Of a stretch of DNA of 64,000 bases, positions 26,207 through 34,990 are shown in pieces. A model generated the notes under the pieces. It had not been told where the DNA came from. It was given only the letters and a program-made list of their open reading frames with translations, and did not search any database. The first letter of the stretch is position 1. Each line of letters begins with the position of its first letter. Where the stretch lies: positions 244,672 to 308,671 of the forward strand of contig JAKIWE010000001.1 of the NCBI GenBank assembly GCA_022750195.1. The letters run 5' to 3'. The translations under genes were made by a program, and so were the position numbers. The DNA is from Thermoplasmata archaeon (GTDB lineage Archaea; Thermoplasmatota; Thermoplasmata; Lutacidiplasmatales; UBA184).

Positions 26207-27474
26207 ACCGTGAACTTGTGCCCGTTCTCGGGGACGAGGACTTCGAATTCGTCCCGCAGCGCCTCGACCAAGTGGCCGCGCTGATCGCCGTGCATGAGGA
26301 CGATCTTCTGGGCCCTCGTCGACTTGGCGAACTTGACGAGCTCGGAGTGGCCGCTGTGGGCGGAGAAATCGAACTTGAGGACCTCGCACTCCGGACGGAT
26401 CGTCACCTCGTCGATCGTCATCGTGCCCTGGTCGAGGAGCTGGCGGCCGTTCGAGCCGTCGACCTGGAAGCCGGTGAGAAGGATCGAGCTGTTCGCGTCC
26501 CGATACTGCTCGCCCACGTAGTAGAGGACCGGGCCCCCGTCGAGCATCCCCCCGGTGGTGACCACCACGTCGGCCTCGCGGAGGGCATGGCGCCGTTCGG
26601 CCTGGCCCTCCACGACGTGGACCGCCCCCAGGGCCCGCTCGAACCTCCGCTGGTCCATGAGGTAGGTCGGCGCGGCGCGGTAGATCTCGTTGACCTTGCG
26701 GGCCATGCCGTCGAGCCAGACGGTGAGGCCGCTCGAGGCGAGCGCCATCACGACCTCCTGCGCTCGCCCGACGGCGAACGCCGGGATGATGACCTTGCCG
26801 CCGCGTTCCACCGTCTCCGCGACCTTGTCCCGGAACTTCCGCTCGGTCTCAGCTCGGTCGGGGTGCTCGCGCCCGGCGTACGTCGACTCCATGACGAGGA
26901 CGTCGCACGTGACCGACTCGGCGCCGCCGACCAGGTGGGTCGGGATCGTTTGAATGTCGCCGGTGAACAGCAGGTCGTGGTCGCCGCGGTAGCGGTACAT
27001 CGTCGCCCCAGGGATGTGGCCCGCCGGAGTGAGTTCGACCTCGATCCCCTTGTGACGGTAGACCCCGCGCTGCTCGACCGCCGTGAACCGGTGATGCAGG
27101 GCGCGGATGTCCTGAACGGTGTACGGCTGGAGGTAGCCCTCGAGCTTGGCGACCTTCAAGGCGTCGTGCGTGAGGAGGTCGGCGACCGCGATGGTGACCG
27201 GCGTGGAGACCGCGCGGGCCTGCGGCATCCGGCTGAGGAGCGGCAGCATGCCCGAGTGGTCGAGGTGCGAGTGCGTGAGGAACGCTGCGTCCGTGTTGAG
27301 CGGCAAAGGCCGCGGATAGGTCGGCGGGTCGGACGGCGTCATCCCGTAGTCGAAGAGCAGGGTGCGCCCTTGGTCACGGACGACGAGCCCGAGCGAGCCC
27401 ACCTCCGAGGCGCCGCCGAGAAACTGAAGTTCCACGGAGCGCGCGAGTCGGGCTGGTTTAAGGGGTTTCCCCAT
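26203..27474 (-). CDS. Beta-CASP / metallo-beta-lactamase fold ribonuclease (aCPSF2-like; no KH domains)
   Basis: [14 protein letters not shown] motif, 423 aa, C-terminal FSAHSG and MHGD motifs. Confidence 0.85.
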   Translation of the reverse strand: MGKPLKPARLARSVELQFLGGASEVGSLGLVVRDQGRTLLFDYGMTPSDPPTYPRPLPLNTDAAFLTHSHLDHSGMLPLLSRMPQARAVSTPVTIAVADLLTHDALKVAKLEGYLQPYTVQDIRALHHRFTAVEQRGVYRHKGIEVELTPAGHIPGATMYRYRGDHDLLFTGDIQTIPTHLVGGAESVTCDVLVMESTYAGREHPDRAETERKFRDKVAETVERGGKVIIPAFAVGRAQEVVMALASSGLTVWLDGMARKVNEIYRAAPTYLMDQRRFERALGAVHVVEGQAERRHALREADVVVTTGGMLDGGPVLYYVGEQYRDANSSILLTGFQVDGSNGRQLLDQGTMTIDEVTIRPECEVLKFDFSAHSGHSELVKFAKSTRAQKIVLMHGDQRGHLVEALRDEFEVLVPENGHKFTV

Positions 27475-27557
27475 CTCGGCGACGTAAGCGGCGGAACGCC
27501 GGCCGCGCTCCCCCGCGCGGAGGAGGCGATATTAGCGGAGCCCCGGTCCCTCGGCGC

Positions 27558-28370
27558 ATGGCACCAGACCGGAGGGCGGACCTCGAGGTCCTCTTCCGGG
27601 TCGGGGCGTCGGTTCAAAGCGTGGTGCAGGAGGCGGTGACCTCCCCCCACCGGGCCGACGTCGTCGCGATGGGTGCCGACGGAAGCCCGACCGAGAGCAT
27701 CGACCGGATCGCGGAGATCCAGCTCCTTGCGTCGCTTGACGCGGAGGGGGTCGACTGGGACGTGCTGAGCGAGGAGGCCGGACTGGTCCAGCGCGGCGGG
27801 GGCGACCTGTTGGTCGTCGACCCGATCGACGGCAGCCACAACGTCCTCCGGGGCCTTCCGTTCGCCACCATCTCGCTCGCGCTCGGAAAGTCCGATCTTG
27901 GCGGGATCGAGCTGGGGGTCGTCCGGGACCTGAACCGCGGCACGACGTACTGGGCGCAACGAGGGAAGGGGGCGTTCCGCGACGGCCGTCCGATCCACAC
28001 CCGAGCTTGGAGCCCGAAGGCCGAGATCTTCTACGTGAACCTCGGACGCCACGCGACCGAGGCGGCGGTCAAGCTCGCCGCGAAAGGCCGCCGGATCCGG
28101 TCGCTAGGCTGCGCGTCGTTCGAGCTCCTCATGGTGGCCCAAGGCGGGGGCGACGCCTACCTCTTCGACAACGACACGATGGGCCGGAACCTCCGCGTCA
28201 CCGACATCGCCGCCGCGGCGTTGATCCTCCAGGAATCCGGGGGCGCCATCGCCAATCGCGCTTGGGAGGACCTGGCCGCCCTCCCCCTCGAGATCGGACA
28301 ACGGACCAGCGTGCTCGGGTGGGGCGACCCCAAGTTCCGCGCCGAAGCCGGACCGATGGGGTATCTGTGA
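27558..28370 (+). CDS. Inositol monophosphatase / FBPase family phosphatase (possible NADP phosphatase)
   Basis: VVDPIDGSHN motif and SLGCASFELLMVAQG. GTGA overlap with the NAD kinase gene. Confidence 0.85.
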   Translation: MAPDRRADLEVLFRVGASVQSVVQEAVTSPHRADVVAMGADGSPTESIDRIAEIQLLASLDAEGVDWDVLSEEAGLVQRGGGDLLVVDPIDGSHNVLRGLPFATISLALGKSDLGGIELGVVRDLNRGTTYWAQRGKGAFRDGRPIHTRAWSPKAEIFYVNLGRHATEAAVKLAAKGRRIRSLGCASFELLMVAQGGGDAYLFDNDTMGRNLRVTDIAAAALILQESGGAIANRAWEDLAALPLEIGQRTSVLGWGDPKFRAEAGPMGYL

Positions 28371-29245
28371 AGATCGGGATCACGGCGAATCCGCAGAAAC
28401 CGAAGGCGGTCGAGCTCGCCCGACAGGCCGTCGCCCGCGTGGGCGACAAGGCCGACGTCGTCGTGAGCGAGGAGACCGCGTCGGTCCTCGGCACGGGTCT
28501 TCCGTCCTCGCCGCTCGAGGCCCTCACCGCGGACGCGCTGATCGCCATCGGGGGCGACGGGACGTTCCTCTACGCCCTCCAGCAGACGACGGTCCCGCTG
28601 TTACCGGTCAACGCAGGGACGTTCGGCTTCCTCGCCGAGGTGGACGGCGGGTCGGAGCAGGCGTTCACCTCCGCGATCGACCGGCTCCTGCGCGGCGACT
28701 ACCTCCTCGAGTCGCGGATGAAGCTCGCCTCGCACGTCGCGGGGACGCACCTACCGGACGCGACCAACGAGGTCGTCGTCCACACCTCGCAGGTCGCCAA
28801 GATGCGCCGCTTCGAGATCGCCGTGAGCGGGGAGCCGGTCGGAGAGCTTCGCGCGGACGGGGTGATCCTCGGGACGCCGACGGGGTCGACCTCCTACGCG
28901 CTCTCCGCGATGGGCCCGATCGTCGACCCCGGCGTTCCAGCGATCGTGATCGCCGCGCTCGCCCCGTTCCGTGCCTCCCCGCGCACGGTCGTCGTCGACC
29001 CCCTCAAGACCGTGACCGTGCGCCTGATGGATCCGGGCAAGGAGGGGGTCCTCGTCGTGGACGGCCAGGGCGAGCACCCGCTGCCCGGGGGAGAATCGGT
29101 AACGGTGTACCGGTCGACCCGGCAGGCGACGTTCGTCCGTTTCCACCCGCACTTCTTCGATCGCCTGCGGGGCAAGAAGATCCTCCCCTGGACCGACGTC
29201 GAGCCCCGAGGGGCATCGCATGCCGATCTTCCGACCTCAACGTAA
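28367..29245 (+). CDS. nadK: NAD kinase
   Basis: VKIGITANPQK start, IAIGGDGTFLYA motif and ADGVILGTPTGSTSYALSAMGP. Start at the GTG at 28367; the track ORF from 28007 is an upstream read-through. Confidence 0.92.
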   Translation: MKIGITANPQKPKAVELARQAVARVGDKADVVVSEETASVLGTGLPSSPLEALTADALIAIGGDGTFLYALQQTTVPLLPVNAGTFGFLAEVDGGSEQAFTSAIDRLLRGDYLLESRMKLASHVAGTHLPDATNEVVVHTSQVAKMRRFEIAVSGEPVGELRADGVILGTPTGSTSYALSAMGPIVDPGVPAIVIAALAPFRASPRTVVVDPLKTVTVRLMDPGKEGVLVVDGQGEHPLPGGESVTVYRSTRQATFVRFHPHFFDRLRGKKILPWTDVEPRGASHADLPTST

Positions 29246-29747
29246 GCGGCCGGCCGACGCAGGTCGGCTCGGCTCGTCGCCGACGGCCATCACCCGCAAC
29301 TGTCTCGACTCCGCCCTGGCGTGCGCCCGCTCGGCCTTGCCCAACGAGTTCGGTGGGGTCTTGCGCGCCGACCCGCCCGGCGTCATCTCTGAGCTGTTGC
29401 TCCTACCGGGTACGACCGCGGGACGACGGCATGCCAACTTTCAGCTGTACATGCTGCCCGTCGACCTCGCGGTCTCGGGCACGGTCCACTCCCACCCGTC
29501 CGGCGCCCTGCATCCTTCCGAGGCCGACACGACGCTCTTCCGTCATTGGGGGCGGCGCCACTTGATCGTCGGGCGCCCGTACGACGCGGGGAGCTGGCGT
29601 GCCTACGACGGCAACGGCCTCGAGGTCACGTTGAGCGTGATCGGAGCCCCCCCGCGGGGGTCGGCCGCCGCGGGCGTCTACCGACCGCGCGCCGTCCACC
29701 GACCCGGGGAGGCACCCCTGGAGTCGGTGGTCCCGGACCAGGAGTAG
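29220..29747 (+). CDS. JAB/MPN (JAMM) domain metalloprotease
   Basis: NEFGG (Glu) followed by HSHPSGALHPSEAD, a complete JAMM motif. Start is uncertain; the ATG at 29220 overlaps nadK by 26 nt. Confidence 0.8.
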   Translation: MPIFRPQRKRPADAGRLGSSPTAITRNCLDSALACARSALPNEFGGVLRADPPGVISELLLLPGTTAGRRHANFQLYMLPVDLAVSGTVHSHPSGALHPSEADTTLFRHWGRRHLIVGRPYDAGSWRAYDGNGLEVTLSVIGAPPRGSAAAGVYRPRAVHRPGEAPLESVVPDQE

Positions 29748-29753
29748 GGTCGC

Positions 29754-31346
29754 CTACTCCCGCACGGGGATCGTCGGGACGGGCAACCGCTCCGGGTGCC
29801 GGGTCGGGTCCTCGAGGTTGAGCGCCCCCTTCTTGGGAGGGCTGTAGAGGCCGTGCATGCGGGCGAGGCCGTCGAGGAAGCCGATGAACCCGCGAAAGAC
29901 CGAGCGGTAGATGCCGGTGTTCGGCCCCTCGGAGTCGAAGAACTCACGGAGGAGCGTCTTCGACTGGCGCAGCCCGTGGGTCAGGGCGCGCTTCAGCAGT
30001 TCCTGCTGGATCGGGCTGATCCGGTCTCGGGTGAACCAGTCCTTATTCTTGAGGTGCCCGAGGGGTACGAAGAACATCGGGACCAGGATCGCCCGGAAGT
30101 CCCAGAGGTCGTCGATCAGTTCGATCGTCTTGATGACGTCGTCCTCCGTCTCCTGCGGAAGCCCCACGATGAACGTGCACGCCGGGTAGACGTGGTTGTC
30201 GTTGAGCAGCCCCGCCGCCTGCACGACGAGCTCCGGCCACTGGGAGGCCTTGAACGGGGCGACCTTGCCGGGCATCGCCGCCGTGATCATCCGGGGACTG
30301 CCGGTCTCGACCCCGATCTCGACGCCCCACCAGCTTTGGTGCTCGTCGAGGAGGATCTCGCCGCACTTCTGCAACAGGTGCGGGCGCGTCATCAACGAGG
30401 CGACGGCCACGTGGCTCCAGCCGACCTGCTTGTAGTACCTCTTCGCCAGCTTGAGCAGCGGGAGGAGCTTCTCCTCCCGGGGCATGACGTTCGGGCTGCC
30501 GTAGAAGTAGACGTCGTCGCTGTGCAGCAAGCCCTTGCGCACGCCGATCTTCGCGTTGATCTTGAGCTCCTCTTCGACCTTCTCGAGAGGGTACCAGCGC
30601 GTGGGCCGCGTAGTGACCGAGCAGAACGAGCAGCCGCGGCAGCAGCCCCGGCCGATCTCGATGAGCCCGTTGACGCTCGGGTACTTGATCGAGGAGATCT
30701 GCTCGACCTTCGGGGCGTCCTTCGGGGTCAGCACGACGTGAGGAGGGAGGAACTCGTCGTTGAGGGCCTTCTTGACGAGGTCGCGGACGAACAGGTCCGC
30801 CTCGCCTTCGACGACCGAATCGATCCCGCCGATCGACTCGACGAACTCGCCGACCCACGGGAGCTTCTGACGCGTTGCGGGGGCGAGCTGCCAGGCGCAG
30901 GGACCTCCGGCGATGAGCTTCATTCCCTGCTGACGGGCTTCCGCGACACACGGCTGCGTGAGCATCCGTTTGAAGTTCACGCAGTTGAGCGGCTCCTTTT
31001 TCATCACGCCGGCGAACGTCGAAGACGGCGGATTGAGCCCGAAATAGTCGTGGCCGCTGACGAGGAGCACCTTCGTCTTGCCCGGCAGGTAGCGATCGAG
31101 GAAGCTCGGGTGAACGATCCGCGCGTCAAAGCCGCCGTCGATCAGCGACGCCTCGACCTTGCGCATCCCGTACGGCGCCTGCTCCGGAAAGCCGTTCTCG
31201 TCGGTCGGCATCGTCGGGAAGAACAGCTTCTGGTACGCCTTCTCCGGCAGCAGATACGCCGGGGTGGTCGTACCGAACCCCAGGAACTCCTTCCCGTGGT
31301 GGTTGCTCATCATCGTCCAGTCGCACGTCATCACGACTTCGGGCAT
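29754..31346 (-). CDS. B12-binding-domain radical SAM protein (archaeal uncharacterised type)
   Basis: GRGCCRGCSFCS (Cx3Cx2C). N-terminal VLLVSGHDYFGL...KLIAGGP resembles a cobalamin-binding domain. 530 aa. Confidence 0.8.
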   Translation of the reverse strand: MPEVVMTCDWTMMSNHHGKEFLGFGTTTPAYLLPEKAYQKLFFPTMPTDENGFPEQAPYGMRKVEASLIDGGFDARIVHPSFLDRYLPGKTKVLLVSGHDYFGLNPPSSTFAGVMKKEPLNCVNFKRMLTQPCVAEARQQGMKLIAGGPCAWQLAPATRQKLPWVGEFVESIGGIDSVVEGEADLFVRDLVKKALNDEFLPPHVVLTPKDAPKVEQISSIKYPSVNGLIEIGRGCCRGCSFCSVTTRPTRWYPLEKVEEELKINAKIGVRKGLLHSDDVYFYGSPNVMPREEKLLPLLKLAKRYYKQVGWSHVAVASLMTRPHLLQKCGEILLDEHQSWWGVEIGVETGSPRMITAAMPGKVAPFKASQWPELVVQAAGLLNDNHVYPACTFIVGLPQETEDDVIKTIELIDDLWDFRAILVPMFFVPLGHLKNKDWFTRDRISPIQQELLKRALTHGLRQSKTLLREFFDSEGPNTGIYRSVFRGFIGFLDGLARMHGLYSPPKKGALNLEDPTRHPERLPVPTIPVRE

Positions 31347-31403
31347 GGTGAACCGTCTACCCTCCAGTTAGCTCGGGCTGGTGGACGGGGGTCCGCCTCT
31401 TAT

Positions 31404-31427
31404 TAGTTACGAACGGCGAGGTAACTA
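31404..31427. promoter_or_regulatory. AT-rich inverted repeat TAGTTAC-n10-GTAACTA upstream of the radical SAM gene
   Basis: 7-bp perfect arms, 58-81 nt upstream of the ATG at 31346, next to TATA-like aactaataag on the minus strand. Confidence 0.3.
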
Positions 31428-31475
31428 GCTCCGAGACCCGGGGCCCCGTGTCGAACGGCCGGTCGCGGTCGGGGC

Positions 31476-31721
31476 TTACTCGGCGTCCTCGTCGTCCCGC
31501 GGAAGGACCCCGTCGAGGGTTTCGGGCGACTCGTCGCCGGCCTCATCGCCCTCGCGGAAGGCGGGGTCGCGTTGGATGAGGTGGATGCGCACGCAGTCGC
31601 GATGAGCGGGATTCCCGTTCCAGGAGCTGACCTCGGAGGGTTGCGTGAGCGGCTCGCGACAGAGGCTGCAGAGCTCCGGCGGGGCGACGACCCATGCGGT
31701 GCGACGGGGGGCGGTAGACAC
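31476..31721 (-). CDS. Small protein with CxxC...HxxC knuckle and acidic C-terminal tail
   Basis: CSLC-x17-HRDC, then a tail EGDEAGDESPETLDGVLPRDDEDAE. No family recognised. Confidence 0.4.
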   Translation of the reverse strand: MSTAPRRTAWVVAPPELCSLCREPLTQPSEVSSWNGNPAHRDCVRIHLIQRDPAFREGDEAGDESPETLDGVLPRDDEDAE

Positions 31722-31797
31722 GCTGCTCGCTCACCAAGACGGGGGGACTCCCCATCTACCTTACGGTGAGGTACGCACGGCCGCGGCCCCCGCCGGA

Positions 31798-31843
31798 CGC
31801 GGCCCGAGCGGCTCGTGGTAGGGTTGAAACCGCTCGGGCCGCG
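31798..31843. other. Perfect 14-bp GC-rich inverted repeat with an 18-nt loop in a divergent intergenic region
   Basis: CGCGGCCCGAGCGG-ctcgtggtagggttgaaa-CCGCTCGGGCCGCG, read directly and cross-checked against the translation of track ORF 31766. Confidence 0.6.
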
Positions 31844-31866
31844 GGTGTTTCGCCGGGCGCAAACGG

Positions 31867-31872
31867 AAATAT
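31867..31872 (+). promoter_or_regulatory. TATA-like element (aaatat) ~25 nt upstream of the HTH-CBS start codon
   Basis: The spacing suggests a leaderless transcript. Confidence 0.3.
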
Positions 31873-31893
31873 CCAACGGCCCCTCCCCCGTCG

Positions 31894-32487
31894 ATGGAGT
31901 CGCTCGCGGAGATCCGCCGGCGCCGGCTCGGGCTGGGCATCTCCCTCGGTGAGCTCGCACGGGCGGTCGGACGAAGCGATGCGACGATCTCCCGCATCGA
32001 GCGCGGACAGATCCGGCCGTCGTACGACCTCGTGCGCCGGATCCTCGAATACCTGGAGGCCCACGAGGGCGTGGCCGCCCCCCATCTTCGGGCGCGCGAG
32101 GTGATGAATCCCCAGCTCGTCACCGTCGACGCCGCGACCCAGCTCGCCCAGGCGGCCCAGCTGCTAGAGCGAGGGGGATACTCCCAACTCCCGGTCACGG
32201 ACGGGGGGAGGTTGATCGGCTCGCTCTCGGAATCGACGGTCCTGAAAGCTCTGGCCAGTCCGAACGGACGCCGCACGCGGGTCCGCGACGTCCTCGAGGG
32301 GTTGTTTCCTCAGGTCGACGAGGAGTGCCCGGCCGACCTGCTGGCGACGATCCTGACCCGATACCCCGCCGCCGTCGTCCTCCGTCGGGGGGAACCGGTC
32401 GGTATCGTCACCAAGATCGATCTCATCCGGGGCCTGCGCGGGACGAGCTTGAGGCGCGCGCCGACCGCGGCTGGCCTTGCAGCGTAG
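31894..32487 (+). CDS. XRE-type HTH plus CBS-pair transcriptional regulator
   Basis: LGISLGELARAVGRSDATISRIERGQ HTH, followed by two CBS motifs (VMNPQLVTVD..., GIVTKIDLIRGL). Confidence 0.85.
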   Translation: MESLAEIRRRRLGLGISLGELARAVGRSDATISRIERGQIRPSYDLVRRILEYLEAHEGVAAPHLRAREVMNPQLVTVDAATQLAQAAQLLERGGYSQLPVTDGGRLIGSLSESTVLKALASPNGRRTRVRDVLEGLFPQVDEECPADLLATILTRYPAAVVLRRGEPVGIVTKIDLIRGLRGTSLRRAPTAAGLAA

Positions 32488-33265
32488 CGAGCCGCTTGGC
32501 TCGCGGCCGCAACCGCTCTTCCACCACGGCCACGGCGATGCCGTCGTGTCCCTTCTCGCCCACCCATTGGACGACGGTGGAGGTAAGTCGACGATCCGCC
32601 CCGAGCCGTCGCAGCAGACGCCGAGTTCCGGCCCCTTTCGTATCCCCCGAAGCGGGGCGAAGGATACTGCCCTGGCGTACGACATTGTCCACGAGGATCA
32701 GGCTGCCCGTTTGGGCGAGGCGCTCGGCCCACTCGAGGTAGGCCGCGCCGTTCTCTTTGTCGGCGTCGATGAAGATCAGGTCAAACGGCTCCTGGCCCTC
32801 TCTCGCGAGCCGGGCCAGGGACTCAAGCGCGGGCCCGACGCGAACTTCGACGGCCCGCGACAACCCCGCGCGCCGAAGGTTGGAGCGAGCGACCGCCGCG
32901 TGGAGCGGGTCGATCTCGAGCGTGATGAGACGGCCACCGGGGGGAAGGGCCCGACCCAGCCAGGCCGCGCTGTACCCTCCCAATGTGCCGATCTCCAGGA
33001 TCCGTCGCGCTCGGACGAGGCGGGCCATCACGTGAAGGAATCGCCCCTGAAGGGGCGACACTTGAATGCCTGGCAGGCCCGCCCGCGCGCTCGAGGCGAG
33101 GGTCTGGCGGAACGCAGGGTCCGGACGGCCCAGCTCCGATTCTAGATACCGGTCCACTGCCTCCCATAGCCGTGGGCCGCTCGGGACGGGCGCCGAACCG
33201 GGAGGGTCCGGACCATGTGAGGGTCGGCGGGAGCTCCCTTGCACCCGCCGTCGCAGAGGCTTCAC
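32423..33265 (-). CDS. Class I SAM-dependent O-methyltransferase (caffeoyl-CoA OMT-like, COG4122 type)
   Basis: RRILEIGTLGGYSAAWL and FDLIFIDADKENGAAYLEW motifs. Its C-terminal tail overlaps the convergent HTH-CBS gene by 65 nt. Confidence 0.82.
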   Translation of the reverse strand: MKPLRRRVQGSSRRPSHGPDPPGSAPVPSGPRLWEAVDRYLESELGRPDPAFRQTLASSARAGLPGIQVSPLQGRFLHVMARLVRARRILEIGTLGGYSAAWLGRALPPGGRLITLEIDPLHAAVARSNLRRAGLSRAVEVRVGPALESLARLAREGQEPFDLIFIDADKENGAAYLEWAERLAQTGSLILVDNVVRQGSILRPASGDTKGAGTRRLLRRLGADRRLTSTVVQWVGEKGHDGIAVAVVEERLRPRAKRLATLQGQPRSARASSSSRAGPG

Positions 33266-34215
33266 GGTCGTTGCACCGCACGCACGATCGCTTCTTGCAC
33301 AAGGCCGGAGGCGACGTGCCCAACCACGTCCGAGCGTCGAAAGTCCGGTTCGGGCTGAAGCCGCCGCGGTCGCGAGCGGGTGGCCACGGAGAAGACCACG
33401 TCGCCGTCGACCGCAGCGTGCGCCGGCGCGACGGCGCGCGCGAGGCCGGCCTGAGCCATGACGGCCACACGCTTCAACTCCCGCCGATCGAGCGGCGCAT
33501 CCGTCGCGACGATCGCGAGCGTGGTCCCGCTGCCGGCGAGCGTCGATCGGAGTTCGGGCCGCAAGAGGCGTCCTGGCGGCGCGACCTTTCCCGACGGGCC
33601 TCGGGCCCCTGCCACCCAGCGGCCGGTCTCTGGGTCACGGACGGCGCCCACGGAGTTCGCCACGACGAGGACCCCCACCCAGCCCACCCCACGAATCCTC
33701 TCGGCGGCCGAGCCGATACCTCCCGGCATGGCCCGCTCCCGCCCCCCGTACTTCCCGACCGTCGCCCCCGCCCCTGCGCCCACGCCTCCTTCGGGGACCG
33801 GCCCGGATCCGGCCGACTCAGCTGCTTCGTACCCGAGCGGCAGATAGTCGGAGATCGCTCCGCCCCGAGGGGGAAGATCGTAGATCGTCGCCCCGCTCAC
33901 CTGGACGATCGGCACTCGGCCACCGAGCACAGGAGTCCCGGCGCCCAGTTCTAGGAGGCGCGTTCGAATTCCCCGGGCCGCGTCGAGCCCGTAAATGCTG
34001 CCTCCGGCGAGGAAGATCGCCCAACGGCGGCCGAACGTCGCTTCGAGGTCGAGCGAGGCCGTGTCGTAGGTGCAGGAGGCGCCGCCCCGAACGTCCAGCG
34101 CGGTCGGGGACGCCGCATCGAAGAGACAGGCGGTGACTCCCGTCCGAAGCTCTAGGTCCGTGCCGTGGCCGACTCGGACCCCGGGAACCGAGGTGAGGGT
34201 GCGGCCCCGGGTCAC
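33262..34215 (-). CDS. Peptidase S58 (DmpA/L-aminopeptidase D-esterase family)
   Basis: LTSVPGVRVGHGTD start and GTTLAIVATDAPL (Ntn nucleophile region). Confidence 0.82.
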   Translation of the reverse strand: MTRGRTLTSVPGVRVGHGTDLELRTGVTACLFDAASPTALDVRGGASCTYDTASLDLEATFGRRWAIFLAGGSIYGLDAARGIRTRLLELGAGTPVLGGRVPIVQVSGATIYDLPPRGGAISDYLPLGYEAAESAGSGPVPEGGVGAGAGATVGKYGGRERAMPGGIGSAAERIRGVGWVGVLVVANSVGAVRDPETGRWVAGARGPSGKVAPPGRLLRPELRSTLAGSGTTLAIVATDAPLDRRELKRVAVMAQAGLARAVAPAHAAVDGDVVFSVATRSRPRRLQPEPDFRRSDVVGHVASGLVQEAIVRAVQRP

Positions 34216-34296
34216 GCCGCGGGATGCACCGATTCGCGGATTAGAGCTGCGAACCCGGGGCGAGGCTTATCGTCCGTCCGGTTTCCGCGACGCACC

Positions 34297-34875
34297 GTGG
34301 CTGACCCCCCGACTCCGGACGAGACCTCTCCGCATCTGCCGGCGGGCTTCCGGGTCGAGCGAACTCGGACCCCCGGCCGTTACCCGATCTTGTCGGTGTT
34401 CCCGGGGCTCGGCGGGCTCGAGACCGCCCGGCGACTCGAACCCGACTCTACCGCTCGCGCACGTCTGTTTGCCGAAACGCTCGTGGAGGTCGTCGCCGAG
34501 GACATGTGGATGTACGTCGCCCCCCACGACGAACCGTCGATCCTCCGGCTCCGGAAGGCGGTCGTCGTGCCCGTGAAGGATTGCGTCGTGGTGGGGCTCA
34601 GCCACCTCGCGGAGAGCCCCGCCCTGATCCTCTTCTTGGATATCTTCCACGAGCTGTGCCACGTCCGGCAGCGCCAGGCCGGTCGCGAACTCTGGGACCA
34701 GAGCGTGAGCTACGTCACCCGTCCGACCGAGGTCGAGGCCTACCGCTTTGTCGTTCAGGAAGGTCGCCGGCTCGGCGTCCCGGACCCCGTGCTCCGCGAG
34801 TACCTCGAAGTCGAGTGGATCACCGCCGCCGAGCACGAACAGCTGTGGTTGGCCGTGAACCAAACGGGCCCGTAG
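34297..34875 (+). CDS. Hypothetical protein with HExxH motif (putative metallopeptidase-like)
   Basis: LFLDIFHELCHVRQRQ motif. Start is uncertain: GTG at 34297 or later at MWMYVAPHDEP. Confidence 0.5.
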   Translation: MADPPTPDETSPHLPAGFRVERTRTPGRYPILSVFPGLGGLETARRLEPDSTARARLFAETLVEVVAEDMWMYVAPHDEPSILRLRKAVVVPVKDCVVVGLSHLAESPALILFLDIFHELCHVRQRQAGRELWDQSVSYVTRPTEVEAYRFVVQEGRRLGVPDPVLREYLEVEWITAAEHEQLWLAVNQTGP

Positions 34876-34990
34876 CGCCCCGGGAGACGCCGGGGCGAAT
34901 TCCGCCTTCCTGAGCGGACGAGAGTTTATCGTTCCTTTCGTCGCTCGTTCGGCTTTACCGGGTTCGACCCGGCCGTCGGAGGCGTGGTCC

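Noticed and set aside
31812-31829. Loop sequence ending in gttgaaac, reminiscent of the 3' ends of some CRISPR repeats.
   Set aside because: It is a single occurrence, with no neighbouring repeats, spacers or cas genes anywhere in the window.
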